Shown piece by piece: positions 41,792 through 55,635 of a DNA stretch of 64,000 nt (position 1 is the stretch's first letter; each line of letters starts with the position of its first letter). The stretch comes from the human T2T-CHM13v2.0 reference genome, Homo sapiens: the NCBI RefSeq assembly GCF_009914755.1, contig NC_060930.1. One strand, written 5' to 3'. The notes beneath the pieces are model-generated. The model was not told where the DNA came from, did no database searches, and saw nothing but the letters and a program-made list of their open reading frames with translations. Both the position numbers and the translations under genes were made by a program.

Positions 41792-42995
41792 CCTCAAACA
41801 TAAGACTGTGCCTGGGATAGCACTGAATCTACAGATCAATTTGGGTAAAAAATATATCATTATAATAGTGAGTCTTCCAATTCTTGGTATATCCCTCTGT
41901 TTATTTAGATCTTCTTTAAATTCTCTCAATATTTTAGTTTTCCATGAAGTCTTGCTTATTTTTTGTTAAATTTACTCCTACGTATTTGATGTTTTTGATG
42001 CTTTTGTAAACGTAAAATAAATTAAAATTTTAAAATTTAAGGTAAAATGTATTACGTTACATAAAGATAAGTGTAATTTTTAATGTGCTTCTAGTAAGTA
42101 GAAATAAAATTGATTTTTATATTAACCTTGTTAAATTCATTTTCTACAGGTACAGTCATGTGAAAAATGGAAAAGTTTTTTTTTCCAGTCTTTATGCCCT
42201 TACTTTTTCTTGCCATATTATGTTAGCAAGGATTTTTAATACAGTGAGAAACAGAAGTGGTAACAGGCATTTGTGTCTAATTCCGTACCTCAGGGAAGCT
42301 TCTAACTTTGTAGCATTAAGTATGTTTTCTCCAAGTTTTTTATAGCTACAGCTTATCAGATTAACAAAATCCCCTTCTATTCCTAGTTTGCTGAGATTTT
42401 TTATCATAAGTAATGTTAGATATTCATAAAATGCTTTTTCTCTACTGAATCATGTAATTTTTAAACCTTTATTACTTTACAACAAATCACCCTATCTTCT
42501 CATATTTATTAATCCACTCATTATAAACACTTGATCACACACACACATCATGTGTATTTCTTTTGCTGACACATTTGACAGTACATTTTAATCTTCATGA
42601 GATACCACTATATATACTGCAGTATGCTTCTCCTGAGATTTAGGATATCCTCTTACATAGCCACAACATTATCACACCTGAGATCTAATATTACCTAATG
42701 ATGTCCAGCCCATATTCAGATTTCTCCAACGGCCCCAAAAATACGTAATTTTTTTCTGATTCAAGAGTCAATCAAGGATCATACATTACATTTTGATTAT
42801 TATATGCCTTTAACCTCTTTTAATCTACAATAGTACTCTCATACCTTTTTAAATGACATTATGACATTCTCCATTAAAGCCATCATAGCATATAGATTTC
42901 TTTGTACTTAAGGTTTTTAATTACAGATTAAATTCCTTTAATAGTCAAATATTCAGATTTTCTATTTCTTCTTTTGTCCATTTTAGTCATTTTTG

Positions 42996-43090
42996 TCATC
43001 TTAGTCCTCTGAATCTGTCAGAAGCTCTGCTCATCTTCTCATCCTCCTCTTTTCCATCCAGCCTCCTCTTCTGGAATGGACAATTCACTT
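42996..43090 (-). CDS. ASCC3: ASCC3 short-isoform alternative last exon, coding part (EVNCPFQKRRLDGKEEDEKMSRASDRFRGLR*), giving a 111-aa product
   Basis: Acceptor ctactttttcctag|AA at 43091/43090 is phase-compatible with exon 3. TGA at 42996-42998; 241+95=336 nt = 111 aa + stop. The peptide matches the short-isoform C-terminus as I recall it. Confidence 0.9.
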
Positions 43091-46000
43091 CTAGGAAAAA
43101 GTAGCCCAAATGCCAGGATCACATTTTCTGGGTTAATTTCTGCTTCCACATCTTGGCCCCAAAAATCTTCACTGCTTTGATAACTTCTCTGATATAGTCA
43201 AACAAATTTTGTATTTTGCAGTTTTTCTAGGTATTCTCTGTAGAGGGTTGTTCCACATTACCCTGTCTGCCACTTTGTGGGAAGTAAAACTCTTTGAACT
43301 CTTTTGCAATCTGCAATTTTCAAAATAACTGTCACAAATACTGCTATATCCCTTTAACAGGCCTTTAGAATTCTAAATATCTACCATTATGTCCACACAC
43401 AAAATTGCCAGATTCTGCTACTATCTTTTTATACTTCCTATTCCAGTCATTGCTTTATAAATGGCTTTCCACCCTAGATTTTGATTCCTCATTTTTTAAC
43501 AGCAAAATCTTACTTCCTTGATAACTCACAAACTACAATGGATTTACAAATGCCTTAAACCATACTTTGTAAGCCACTCCTGTCCAACCTACCTTTTGAT
43601 TCATAGTTTTCTTAAAGATGAAGTTATTAAAGGTAAGATGCATAAAAAAGTCAAAACTCATATAAATCAGGGCTTATAAATTAGAAAAAGCAAAACAAAC
43701 AGGTCTTTTTATGACAAGTTGAATAGTGAAATAAACTAGTTCATTTCTGGCTGAGTCTTGATTTGCATCCATACTATAGTAAAATCATTAGATCAATGCA
43801 CTCTGGGACAACTTCAAACATTCTGTTCTAGCTCTTGAAGAGATATTCAGTTTGACAGTTAGAGAGCTGATTAGGGAATGGTAAGGTCTTTCTACCCACT
43901 TGTCCACTACTCTTGGCCCCCATCTTAGTTTCTGTCTGCACTGTGCAAATCTTACTGGCCTCATGAAATAATTTAAATTCTTAAGTAACAGATATATGCC
44001 TAATACATAATGCATTTTACTGATTACTAGTCTCAGTCTTGACTTCTTTATTTTAAAAAGTTTATACTTAGAGCACATAAAATATACTGACAAAGTTTCA
44101 TTGCCAACAGAATGTAGACTGTATCCTTCAACAGTCATGAAGGAGACAGCTATGCCTACAATGAGTATTTGAATACACTAAGATTAAGGACCAAGAATAC
44201 TATTTTTAAATAATTTATATATTTTCTCCATAAAACTAAATTTTATTATTAAAATAATCTTAAGGGAAGAATCAAATTGTAAAAAGGTATGGGAATATAC
44301 CACATGTAAATTGTGGGGTTGGGGGTGAGAGGAGGAATACTTAAAAATAACAAAAAAGAGAGAAACTGCCACTTGTAAGACATCGTCAGCATTACAGGTA
44401 GTGAAGACCACAGAGAACTTTGAGTTGGATTCTCTATACTTCATTTGTTTATTGAACATCTACTGGATCCCTAGCAGCATATTAGGCAATGGAGTAGAAA
44501 GATGCTCTGATTCCTGTAATACCTGTTTCATTAAAGCATTCACAGTCTATCAGAGACTTCACTACTGTGAAGGGAGAAGACAGGAAAATAATTATGAAAC
44601 AAGTACTCTAAATAAGTATGTATAACAGGACACAATGGGGAAAGTTATTTTAACACATAAAAGAGAGAGGAAAAGCAGTACGCACTATTCAGGAAATTCA
44701 GACAGTAAACACTGCATATGTTGGCATAAAGGTTGCATGTGATTCAATGGCAAAGAGATAAAAAAGTAAATCGTGTCAACTCATAAAGGAGTTTTATGTA
44801 TCATTCTAAAGAATCTGATCTAAAAGGTAAGCTGGGAATAAAAATGAGCTTTGCCTTTGACAAAGATCAGTCCAGTGACAGTGAAGAAGGTGGATGAGAA
44901 AGGAAGGCTAAAGCAAACGACTACTGAAGTAGTTCAGACAGGAGGTGGTAAAAGGCTGAAATGGGGCAATGGTAAATATACAGAGTAAATTTAAGAACAG
45001 CTGAAAAGTAGACTTACTAGGATATGACCTCTAACTACAAGGAAAGGAAAGCTAAAAATCTAGGATTTCTACCATACTTCTATTTCAGAATTTAGATCTA
45101 GGCCTACTTTCAACACATACAAACCACAGGATTCACTTAACTTTAATGGGCCCTGTTTCTTCACATACAAAATGAAGACATTAGACAAGATGTCCTCTGA
45201 TATTTCCTCCAGCTTAATGTCAATTGTCCAGATTAAACAATACGCATAGCCTTAAGTGTCTCATAATATTATACTCAAGTGAAATATTTTTTTCTTTATT
45301 CTCTTGCTTAACCTTTTTAATACAATTATAGCAAAATTGTCTATGATAGAAGATAAATATAAGAGAAATGACAGGGACATTTTCCACATGAGACTAATCC
45401 TTTCAAAGCTGGTAGCTTTAATTACATTTCCAGTATCAGCATTTTCATCCAGAAGGGACAGCTGACTACTACTCAACTTAAGTTTCACTAAACCTAATAG
45501 TTATTCAACTGAAGCACAGCATTTAAAAATGGGTATAAAAGATTTAGAATTTGCCTACATCCAACTTAAGATTTTATTTGTCTGAGAAATATTCTTTTGA
45601 GACATTAATCTCAAAATAATCCCTTAAACGCATGGGCCAGGTGATCAGTCCCTAAGTATGAATCAGATATTTACTTCACCACAGGTACAATCCCCAGAAT
45701 TATATTTAATGACTGGTATTTAAAACAATCTTTTTTGACTTGTGGCCAGAGATAGCCAGAGAAAGCAATCTAAAGGGTTTTCTTTTTTTAAATCTTAAAT
45801 TCCACCTTATTTATGTAAAGAAATAAACTTAGTCATGGTATTGAATAAGCTCAATATGTCATTACATTTTTGCTCAGTATTTAGAGGCATTTTTATAATA
45901 GAACTAAAGAAGAGGAAGGACACTCTGTATAGTTTTTGAAAAGTACTTTAGTCAGATTCTGGAGGCCTCAACATCTTACAAATGAAGATGTGATGAAGAC

Positions 46001-46499
46001 CAGGAGGGTTAAGATCCTAGTCAAGGTGATGTGGAAGACTGTATTTTCGCCACTACTTTTCCAACAACCTGCCTCTGTATTCTTAAAATATAAAGTCTAA
46101 TTCTATGCCAAATGCCATTACAAACCTCATCAAAGTGTGTTATATTGCCCCTAGGCTTAAGCAAACTCAATTTTTACTAATGTCCTTGAACTTCGGAAGA
46201 TCTAACTGTACAAACATGAGACATTTTATACTTTCACAACTTAAAACAATGAGGACATTCAATTAAATATCATACTGGGTTACAGACCAATGATAGTTAA
46301 ATGACATATTTTAAAAAGTTAACATATTTGGAAAAAAAAATTTATAGATTTGATGATCATAAAAAGTTTTCAAGTCTATGAGACGTAACAGAAACACAAT
46401 CCAGAGCTGGTACATGGAATAAAATTGCCAACCAGCAAGCATATGGTAAGGTAAGGATCCAAATTCTCTCTCTACCAAGGAATCACCTGAGAACAGTTT

Positions 46500-46990
46500 T
46501 TTCATTTATTTAACAAATGAATTTTTATTAAGACCCTAAAATATTGTGGGTTCTAGTATAAGCACTGGCGATGGAGAGTTTAACAAGAATAAGATCCTAT
46601 TCTCATGAAACTTACATCAGAGTGATAATAAACAAGTAAAATGTCAGACAATAATACATGTTATGGAGAAAATGTTATGAATGATTATAAGATAAAGAGT
46701 GATTGGGTAACAACTTACTGGCAAAAAGACCTCATTAAGGAAGTAATTTTTTAGCTGAGTTTAAAATGACAAAAAGGGATCTACCATCATTAAGATTAGA
46801 ACAGAGCATTCCCAACACAGAGAGCAGCATGTGTGAAGACCCAAATCAGGTACTAGCCTGGTAGGTTTGAGGAAGTTGAAGACAGACGTGTTTGACACAG
46901 TAATGAAGGCAAGAATGAAGTGAGGTCAGACAGAGGGGAAGGCCAGATCATGCAAGACCAGAATAGGTGTATGGACATTTTATAGTTGCA
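46500..46990 (-). mobile_element. L2 relic (further L2 relics at about 30600-30900, 44440-45070, 52290-52650 and 58470-59400)
   Basis: ttcatttatttaacaaat...agcactggcgatggagagtttaacaag...gaggggaaggccagatcatgcaag. Confidence 0.7.
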
Positions 46991-47342
46991 AACCTGCTAA
47001 ATTTGGAAAATCTAGAACTATAATAGTGTTAATTATGCTTTTTAGTTATCAGAATTTGCAATATGATGAATTTCAATGTACAAACACAGGGGTTTTACCA
47101 GTCATTTGTTTCATTTAGTTTGATTTTTAGCCTTAGGAAAGTAACCTGAGTTCGTATACAATATTGTAATTTCAAATTACATTTTCCTTCAAATATAATC
47201 AATTGATAAGAATATTAGTGTAGGAAGGGAAGTGAAGCAGTCAAAGTCTAGTTTAAGTGCTGTTATTCACTGTGTACTAGGTGGGCATCTATAATAAGCG
47301 ACTGAGCTACATAGCTTTTAAGCTTCCTTAGAGCTACATTAA

Positions 47343-47810
<468 letters not shown>

Positions 47811-47951
47811 AGGACTGTCTTTCATAATTATGAATACTTAGATGCCAGGAAATTTTAGCTTTCCTTTACATAGTATGTTGTTTACAAGGAATCTGTTTTT
47901 GAACCTTACTGGTTCTCTTTAAAAAAAAAAAAGAAAAAAAGAAAACTATAC

Positions 47952-48102
47952 CTATCTGCTTTGCAGCATGTAATATATCTTTTAAGTCTTCATTTATACT
48001 TTGCATTTTACTCTTCTCCAGTTTTTCATTCAAAAATTTTATTATCTTCTTCCATGTCAGGCCCAAATCTAAAACTTGTTCATGAAGTTTAGATCGCTTT
48101 AT
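47952..48102 (-). CDS. ASCC3: ASCC3 exon 3 (IKRSKLHEQVLDLGLTWKKIIKFLNEKLEKSKMQSINEDLKDILHAAKQI)
   Basis: Acceptor tatttcag|ATA, donor ATAG|gtatag. 151 nt, continues the frame of exon 2 and ends in phase 1. Overlaps ORF 47866..48066. Confidence 0.97.
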
Positions 48103-49833
48103 CTGAAATAGAGATTATAATGTAGAAAAGTACTGCTTAAAGTTCTTCTCAACTCCAACGCTGATTACATATATTTTGCATTACATTATACAACTTGGTA
48201 CTACCCACAAGAATTCAAAGTTGTATCTATTCACATCCAAACTGACTACTCACAAAACAATTTTACTTAAATGGGTGTTCATAGATTCTCATTCGTTGAA
48301 AAGATATGTTTAATAAAAGCTTCTTTTTACAGTTTTAATTACACTGCATACTCATAAAATCATTTCATACAGCAAAGTAAAAAGTTCAACATCCAGATAA
48401 CAATATTATTATTGTTACTGATAACATCACACATCTTGCCATTTTTCTAACTGCTTGTTTTTAATATAGCTTAGACTATAGTGTATATAAATAAGAGCTT
48501 TATGTCATGCTTTTTAATGAAACGCATTTATGGAAAATTAGACTCCCATGACAGGTTCAAATATATTCAAGTCAGCATTACTTTCTTAACCATGATCCTA
48601 GACCAGGTGAGGCATTTGGAAGATTCTTTTCTATACACACTCTTTTCTATTAGGTGGCTTAAACAAGAGAAATTTATTTTCTCACAGTTCTGGAGCTACA
48701 AGTTCAAGATCAAGGTGTTGGCAGGTTTGGGTTCTTCTGAGGCTTTTGTATATTTGAGACTACAAATCTTTCCACTCTCAAGAACTGACCACAGAACACA
48801 ATAAAAATTTTATTTCAGACCTCTGGCTTTGATCCATAGAGAAAACTCATGAAGCTTTCAAACCAAATGAAAAAGTAGTGGGTCAGGTAGAAAGCAGTAA
48901 TTTTGCTATTGGTTAGAATGATGAAAATACATAATTCACCATTACTTCCCTGCCTCCATTTTTTAATTTCAAATGTGACTAGTCAATCTGAGTTTAGGGG
49001 GAGGAGAATGGGCAAAGGTAGAGATGAAATAAGATTGGCCATAAAATGAATTAAGTTGTTACAATGGAGTCGTAAGCATATTAAGGTTTATCTTATTTGT
49101 CTCTTTACTTTTGTATATGTTGAACAGCTTCTGACATAAAAAGTTATATTAAAATGAAGCTCATCATTATACCACTTTCCTTCCTCAGGGAAGAAAAAAA
49201 TGTTTAAAAGTTTATAGGAATTAATAAGATGGGATAAGCTTGTAGTACTTACACACTTTTAAATTTTAAAATCTTCTGTTATATCTCTAATACAGAGTAA
49301 CTTGCAAAGGGCCTTGGGGAGGTGAAGAGAGGAAATAATTCAGGTTTAAGATAGCAATATTAATATACTCTTGTTTTAACTGCTGTGAACAATGTAAAAC
49401 AGCTACTATTGAAAAGAAGGTTAACTGTTTTGTATCTAACCAAATTTTGTATCATTAGAGAAAAAAAAATCTATCACAAACCTGTTACAAAACTCCTTCC
49501 CGGTATCAATCTTTGAGTGAAACTATTAGTTATAAAACTGCATAAGGACTTTTAGCAATAAAATTCTAATCTACTAGGAAACAATGTTATCATTCTACAA
49601 TAGATTCAAATGAGTCAGCAATTAAAGTGAATGATGTTTTTCAAAAAAAAGGGCCAGTTACTTCATATACTATATTACATGGTTCATTTCTTCGTATGTT
49701 CAATTGATAGAGCTTCAGGCCTATAAAATTCACAACATTATGGCTAAGCTTCTAAAACATTTGCCCTTTCCCTGTGACATTTATATGAAACCTGTTATTA
49801 TATTTTGTGCAAGTTTCAGCAACCTAGAGATAA

Positions 49834-50156
<323 letters not shown>

Positions 50157-50372
50157 CCTAGAGATAAATAATTTCAAAGATGTCCAAAATACATTCAAAT
50201 GACATGAATGGCTACAGCTTTTACTCTTTTGTTTCTTGTGCCTTTTGAAACAGAAGATTTATGTACTTCAAAATCACATTCAGGAAGAAACCACAGTAAT
50301 TTAAAGATTACAAGTTCATTCATTCATCACAGTAGTGAAATCATCACATCTACTAATTGATCAGAATCCGTA

Positions 50373-50762
50373 CGTTATTGGCTGCATATATACCCTCAAA
50401 ATTCATATGTGGATTCCCTAACCTTCAGTACCTCAGAATGTGACTATCTTTGAAAATCGGGCCTTAAAGGGGGTGATTAAGTTAAAGCCCTTAGAGTGGG
50501 ACTTAATTATCTGATGGATCTTGTAACAAAATTTAGACACATAAAAAGACACCAGGGATGTGCTTGTACAGAGGACAAATCATGTGAGGACACAGCAGGA
50601 AGGCTGCCTTACTTGCAAGCCACACAGAGAAGCCTCAGAAGAAACCAAGCCTGCCAACACCTTGATCTTGGACTTCTAGCTACAGAACTATGAGAAAATA
50701 AATCTTTGTTGTTTAAGCCACCTAATCTGTGGTATTTTGTTATTCTGTGCAAACTAATATAC
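50373..50762 (+). mobile_element. MLT1 (MaLR, MLT1B-like) solo LTR
   Basis: aaaattcatatgt...cctcagaatgtgact...caacaccttgatcttggacttctagc...gaaaataaat...ttgtttaagccacc. Confidence 0.85.
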
Positions 50763-51795
50763 CACATTCAGAGACATTTCTAAGAATCTTTCCTTTAAGT
50801 ATCTTATAAGTACATGTCTAGAATTTTCTGGAAGTCTTGATATCATATGCTTTTAATTTTTCCATAATATTAAAACTTGTAACTGCATATGTAATTTATT
50901 TTATACCTTTTTAAGACTTATATAAGTTTATCCATCAGAAGAAATTACTTGCCAAACGTCATGCCCTAATTTGTGATTCAGAAAATGTAGTCATTGAACC
51001 TATACAGGAAAGACACTGAAGAAGTTCCTTCGATAAAACAAAAATGATCTTCCAAAGTGATAATTGCCCATTTTTGACCTAGTGAGATTTACCTGTATTT
51101 GTAGGAAGGGTAACATTAGCATTATTTATTATAATATTAACTCATATAAGGAAACTTTTCCATACCATAATTACTAAAGCAGGGGTCAGTCTTTACTATA
51201 AATGTCAAAGCAGTCCATGTACATTTAATTTTTGTTTCTTACTAAAATGTATTTCTGAAGTTTTAGTCACAAAGTAGCTTTTAAAATAACAATGTTTCTT
51301 AAGTCTTAAATGCCTTTCTTACCAATTATAATGACAAATCAATTATGAGATCAGCCTCTGAGTTCAAGAGATTAATATTCATATTTCTCATAAGGTACAG
51401 ACACTGCTTTTGTTCATTTGATAAGAATTTTACCAGAGACCTACTGGTAAATTTTACCAGAGACCACTGGTAAAAAAACTTACTCAGATAATCCAGAGGT
51501 AAATTACAGGATTAAGTTACAAACGTAACTGTGGTAGGGAGCTGAACAAAAAAAAAATTAACAAAGGATTCAATTATCATAGTTCTGATTATTCCCCTTG
51601 ACAATATGGTTTTAGATGCTAAACGTAAGTATTACCATAGTAAACAGCAGCATACACATTCTCCATCTTTGCCTCACACCAAACAAGATAAAACTTCCAT
51701 GTTAACCACATAGAATGGAGAAAAAGAATGTCAAATAGTTGTCCATAGTCTGTGTTTATAATAATGTTCAACATTTCTACCTTTAACAAATCTAC

Positions 51796-51885
51796 CTTTA
51801 AGTCAGCCACTTCTTCATTATAATTATCTTGCTTGGTGACATTTGAAAAGGAACGCAAGGCTCCTGTGAGACGAGGTAAAGCCAT
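51796..51885 (-). CDS. ASCC3: ASCC3 first coding exon (exon 2), aa 1-30 MALPRLTGALRSFSNVTKQDNYNEEVADLK; the exon including 5'UTR extends to about 51926
   Basis: Translation matches the recognised ASCC3 N-terminus. ATG at 51883-51885 is preceded by in-frame TAA TAG. Donor AAG|gtaga at 51796/51795; acceptor ttttgtttcag| at 51927/51926. 90 coding nt, phase 0. Confidence 0.97.
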
Positions 51886-51896
51886 CTATTATTCAA

Positions 51897-51908
51897 TCAG
51901 TGATCCAT
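51897..51908 (-). promoter_or_regulatory. Minimal upstream ORF (ATG GAT CAC TGA) in the ASCC3 5'UTR
   Basis: Read directly; the stop ends 11 nt before the main ATG. Confidence 0.6.
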
Positions 51909-52964
51909 ACAGCAAGAAACCTGAAACTGAAACAAAACAAGATGATATTTATCTGTTCGGAAGAGGTGGCAGAGGTAATCAAACTCAACAAATTAGCTTG
52001 TACAAGAGAAAAAAGGAAAAAATTGGTTAAAAAGCAATTGTTATCAACGTTGAAAAATTCTCCTGACATATTTTCTATCCATGAAGTTTTTTTGTTTTTA
52101 AAAAGCATTAGCTATGGTTGGAGAAAGGAAAAAGAAACAAACATTTCCTCAAAATTGGGTTCTGTAGATTCCCAAGTACAGGCATCAAATACTATATTAC
52201 TACTGCCAATAATATTTAAAGAGATGAAACCACCTGTTCATCTTTTTCCCTAATTTTGTTTTATGCTCACTGATTTCAAATTACACCACTTTCCAGTGGT
52301 TTCCTCTGCTTGGAATGGTTTCCCTTGATGTTCGTATAGCTGGCTTCACACTGAACTCTTGGCTTAAAAGATGCCTCCTAAGATGCAGCCTTTCCTGACC
52401 ACCCCATCTAAAACAGGCGACCCAGTCGCTGTCTATCAAAGCCCAAAATTTTAATTCTTTTTATAGCACTAAGTAATATTTGACACTTTCTTGTTTATTT
52501 ACTAACGTATGTGTTGTTTCAACCCACAAAAAGTAAGCTTCATGACAGAAAGATCTCTATTTTACTAATCTCCCCAGCAAATAGACAACAGAACCAGAAT
52601 ATTTTTGGTACTCAATAAGTATCTGTTAATGAATAAATGGAAGATAAATGAAGAAAAGGCAAAAATGGTAACAGACTGGACAACAGGCCAGAAAAGAAAA
52701 CAGCTGATGAGGGGGAAGAACATACCGGGAAAGAGAGAATTCAGATGGCCTGGTCTAATCTCCTCCTTAACAGGCTGATGACTAAACAATTTCCAGGCAA
52801 AAAGATTAATAATATTTACTATTAGGAGAGCCCTGATCTATGAAAGACTCTTGGAGGACTGTACTAGTTTAAGATTGCTTATTATAACACAACTACTATC
52901 TACAGATCTATAAGGCACGGCTCCCTGAAGAATGTCACATAAGCTATGTAAGTCTTTAAAACAT

Positions 52965-53156
52965 CCCAGCTAGGAATGATTTTGCCCCACATGGGACATC
53001 TGGCAATATTTTAGATATTTTGGGTGTCACAACTATCAGGGAGGTGGAAGGGGACTACTGATTTCTACTGGATAGAGGCCAATGATGCTACTAAACATAA
53101 AATGCAGAGGACAGCTCCCCAACAACTAAGAATTATCTACACCAAAATGTCCAACG
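52965..53156 (+). mobile_element. MER20 (hAT-Charlie)
   Basis: gattttgccccacatgggacatctggcaat...tagaggccaatgatgctactaaacat...gcagaggacagctcccc. Confidence 0.8.
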
Positions 53157-53299
53157 TGGGAAGGAAAGAACTGGGAAAGGGGAGACATACAGAATGTCTC
53201 AGACTATTCTCTGCTCCTGCTGTTCCTCTTGACTACTGTATTCCTGAAGTTATCAAAAAGGGTAATACTTGGAAAAATCTATGACCTATATATTAGAAT

Positions 53300-54080
53300 A
53301 ATCAGATACAAAATATCTATCTATAACAACTATAATAGAAATTTTTTAATAATGAATAATAAAATACAAGTAGGATGATTTGAAAATACAACTTTTAGAA
53401 ATAAAAATATATACTTGTTAAATTTTAAAACAATCAACAGATGGGTTAAGCAACAGCTAAAAATAAAAGTGATAACCTGGAAAAGACTTGAAGAAATAAC
53501 CCATGCATGCTGTCACAGACTAAGTATAGATAATGCAGGATAAATAAAAACAAATTGAAATATATCAATAATCATAATAAATACAAATTAAACTTACCTC
53601 TCAAAAGATTGACAGGATGAACTGCAAAATAACAAAAAAGTAAAACACTAGTGCTACACTGAAAACATAGGAAAGGAAAGGCTGAAAGGATAGGATAAGA
53701 TCTTCCTGCAAACAACCAAACGTAGCTGGTGGCTCTATCAAAAATATCAGATCAGACAAAATTGGCTTCAAAACAAAAGGTATTAGGAAGGGATTAAAAA
53801 AAACCTCTCTACATAATAATATAAGATAAAGCTCACTAAGAAGACTTAAAAGTTCTGAATTTGTATGCACTGCTAGGATAGTCTCAAAATAAAACAAACA
53901 GACCTCAAGGAGAAAGTGACAAGTCTAACATCAAAGTAAAAGTTTAAATACTTCAATTATTGTCAGGTCAAGCCAATCTTCCCTCCAAAATAAAAAATCA
54001 ATAAAGATATAGAGAACCTGAAGAGTACAATTACTAAGTCTGATTTAATGAACAAATATAGAAACCTGAACTTGATTTTA
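53300..54080 (+). mobile_element. Diverged L1M ORF1/ORF2-start relic
   Basis: A-rich; gctatcaaaaatatcagatcagacaaaattggcttcaaaacaaaagg resembles L1 endonuclease DNA. Confidence 0.55.
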
Positions 54081-54142
54081 AAAAATGCATATTTTTAAAA
54101 ATGCATTTTTAATGCATTTTTTAATGCATTTTTTCTCATGCG

Positions 54143-54268
54143 TCAGGAGGCTGATGCATGAGAATCGCTTGAACCTCGGAGGCAGAGGTAGCAGTGAGCC
54201 AAGATGGCCCCACTGCACTCCAGCTAGGGTGACAGAGTGAGAGTCCGTCTCAAAAAAAAAAAAAAAAT
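54143..54268 (+). mobile_element. 5'-truncated Alu (right-arm fragment)
   Basis: tcaggaggctgatgcatgagaatcgcttgaacc...gtccgtctc followed by an A-tail. Confidence 0.9.
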
Positions 54269-54756
54269 TAGGTTTGGCAAGCGCAGTCTCTGCCATACAT
54301 TCATTCCTTTTTTTAAAAATGACACTTTAGAAGTGTAAAACCCATTCTGGGGCTCAGGGTGACCAAATCTGTTTACTGATCCCTGATAGAGGTCACATTC
54401 TTTGAGCAAAATATTTATTACAAATCAAAAACAAAAAAATGAGGTATTAAAAACAAACATGATTGCACTGCAAATCAGTAAAGAACTGGTATGAGGACAG
54501 CTGGGGAAAAAACAGTTGGACTCTCTACATCACATTGGAGAATTTTAAACAGAGAAGTCAAATGATCCAACTTACAAATAAACTTCTAAGTTAGCTGACT
54601 TCAGATTTCAACTACCTGTTGGGAGTGAATTCAGGAGAGCATGGAAATAAGATGATTCAGGGAATCACATCTGGATTTTTCTAACACTAGATAACATACT
54701 TCCTGGAGCATTTGGAAGAAAAAAATGAAAGCAAGAGTCAGTGGACAGCACAGAGC

Positions 54757-55282
<526 letters not shown>

Positions 55283-55375
55283 AATGTCTTTTATTCTTAA
55301 ATCACCGCTTAATTTTGTCTCAAGCCAATAATGGCCAAGGAAGAAATTCATCTATTAAGAAATCCATGGACTGGG

Positions 55376-55635
55376 GGCCAGGCACAGTGGTTCACACCTG
55401 TAATCCCAGCACTTTGGGGCCAAGCCAGGTGGACTGCTTGAGGCCAGGAGTTTGAGACCAGCCTGGGCAACACAGTGAGACCCCCAACTCTACAAAAAAA
55501 TTTTAAAAAGCCAGGCAAGTGGCATGCACCTGTAGTCCCAGCTACTCAGGAGGCTGAGGTGGGAGAATTGCTTGAGCCCGGAAGGTCAAGGCTGCAGTAA
55601 GCCATGATCATGCCACTGCAGTCAGCCTGGGTGAC
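55376..55635 (+). mobile_element. Tailless (3'-truncated) AluJ with TSD
   Basis: Ends at cagcctgggtgac; TSD agaaatccatggactg (55358-55373) / agaaatccatggcctg (55636-55651). Confidence 0.9.

Larger units (their letters stand above)
40372..42450 (-). mobile_element. Ancient L1M (ORF2 RT/C-terminal relic plus 3'UTR), same sense as ASCC3
   Basis: ORF 42192..42407 (MIKNLSKLGIEGDFVNLI...LLPLLFLTVLKILANIIWQEK) and ORF 41741..41929 (EFKEDLNKQRDIP..IGRLTII..LPKLICRFSAIP) are L1 ORF2 homologues. L1-type 3' end at about 40375. Confidence 0.85.
40350..42995 (-). other. ASCC3: Probable 3'UTR of the ASCC3 short isoform (end approximate)
   Basis: Follows the alternative-exon stop codon. Several AATAAA hexamers on the minus strand (42505-42510, 42468-42473, 41672-41677, 40375-40380); the last has three upstream TGTA motifs. 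The 3' end is inferred. Confidence 0.6.

Noticed and set aside
51619-51795. Read-through tails of ORFs 51619..51885, 47866..48066 and 32029..32541
   Set aside because: Intronic sequence beyond the GT donors; not part of the spliced CDS.
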